Source of the DNA: Pseudomonadota bacterium
GTDB lineage: Bacteria; Pseudomonadota; Alphaproteobacteria; Rhodospirillales; Magnetospirillaceae
Direction: 5' to 3'
DNA length: 64,000 nucleotides
Assembly (NCBI GenBank): GCA_021848545.1
Contig: JAJZUL010000014.1
Location: 1,430 to 65,429, forward strand
Position 1 is the stretch's first letter. Each line of letters opens with the position of its first letter. A program made the translations under genes and the position numbers. A model generated the notes under the pieces. It was given only the letters and a program-made list of their open reading frames with translations, ran no database searches and was not told where the DNA came from. Positions 63,561 through 64,000 of the stretch are shown here, piece after piece.

Positions 63561-64000
63561 ATGGCTGAGGCGGTCGACCGCAAACTGTTGGGATCGCTTT
63601 TGGTCATGGGGTCGGTCGTGGAGGCCCGCGATGCCTATACCGGCGGCCACCTCTGGCGGGTCAGTCGTTTCGCGCGTCTTTTGGCCGAGGAAATGGGGGC
63701 GGATCAGAACGCCGTTTTTCTGGCGGCTATTGGCGGATTCCTCCACGATTTCGGCAAGATCGGCATTCCCGACTCCATTTTGAACAAGCCTAAACCTTTG
63801 ACCGAGGCCGAAATCGGCGTTATCCGGACGCACCCGGCGATCGGACGGTCGATCATCGGCGAACATCCGTTGGGCGATCTGGTGATGGACGCCATCGCTC
63901 ATCACCATGAACGGATGGATGGAGACGGTTATCCCGACCGCCTGGCGGGAAGCGGCATACCGTTGGTGGCGCGGATCGTGGCGATCTGTGATGCGTTCGA
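63561..64000 (+). CDS. HD-GYP domain phosphodiesterase (3' end outside window)
   Basis: My own translation from ATG 63561 (RBS GGAAGG): ...DAYTGGHLWRVS..., FLHDFGKIGIPD, HHERMDGDGYP. The frame is open to the window end. Confidence 0.85.
   Translation, partial: MAEAVDRKLLGSLLVMGSVVEARDAYTGGHLWRVSRFARLLAEEMGADQNAVFLAAIGGFLHDFGKIGIPDSILNKPKPLTEAEIGVIRTHPAIGRSIIGEHPLGDLVMDAIAHHHERMDGDGYPDRLAGSGIPLVARIVAICDAF

Noticed and set aside
61913-63607. 564-aa minus-strand ORF
   Set aside because: It is antisense to the MCP gene, which carries the canonical signalling-domain motif. Shadow ORF.

Overview
This is a 64-kb, high-GC (about 60-65% by eye) chromosomal segment with a gene order typical of Alphaproteobacteria. 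My guess is a Rhodospirillales, Magnetospirillum-like organism, based on the several hemerythrin, MCP and HD-GYP genes; I cannot verify that from this window.

Most of the window is a conserved housekeeping backbone:
- slt, ilvD, then trpE-ppiD (minus strand)
- tpiA-secG-pyrG-kdsA-eno-ftsB
- pdhA-pdhB-pdhC-lpdA-lipA
- pcm-tolC, valS
- rpoZ-spoT-pdxJ-lepB-rnc-era-recO, parC
- bpt, motAB, lolDE and proS (minus strand)
- msrA, trpGDC-moaC-moeA

Several accessory or unusual pieces interrupt this backbone:
1. The right end of a prophage-like element lies at 1-2100. It carries a lysis cassette with an overlapped spanin pair, and it ends at an orphan tRNA-Met(CAU)-like 3' half that keeps its own terminator.
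2. At 6630-8928 a hemerythrin-receiver fusion is translationally coupled to a heme-oxygenase-like putative diiron enzyme, followed by a CopZ-like gene.
3. A DsrE-like/TusA/SQR-like/DUF1641 sulfur module (12844-15352) is wedged between ppiD and tpiA.
4. A family of CTAGAG...CTCTAG palindromic mosaic repeats occupies several intergenic spacers. These repeats supply the 3' ends or stop codons of ilvD, ftsB and an RDD gene.
5. lepB has strikingly low GC inside the otherwise conserved pdxJ-recO block.
6. A periplasmic binding protein, an MCP and an HD-GYP gene form a signalling cluster at the right edge.

I found no rRNA, no complete tRNA, no CRISPR array, and no transposase or integrase gene in the window. 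Coordinates include stop codons. Start codons were chosen by N-terminal homology patterns or RBS where I could see them. Product calls rest on motif recognition by eye, not on database searches.
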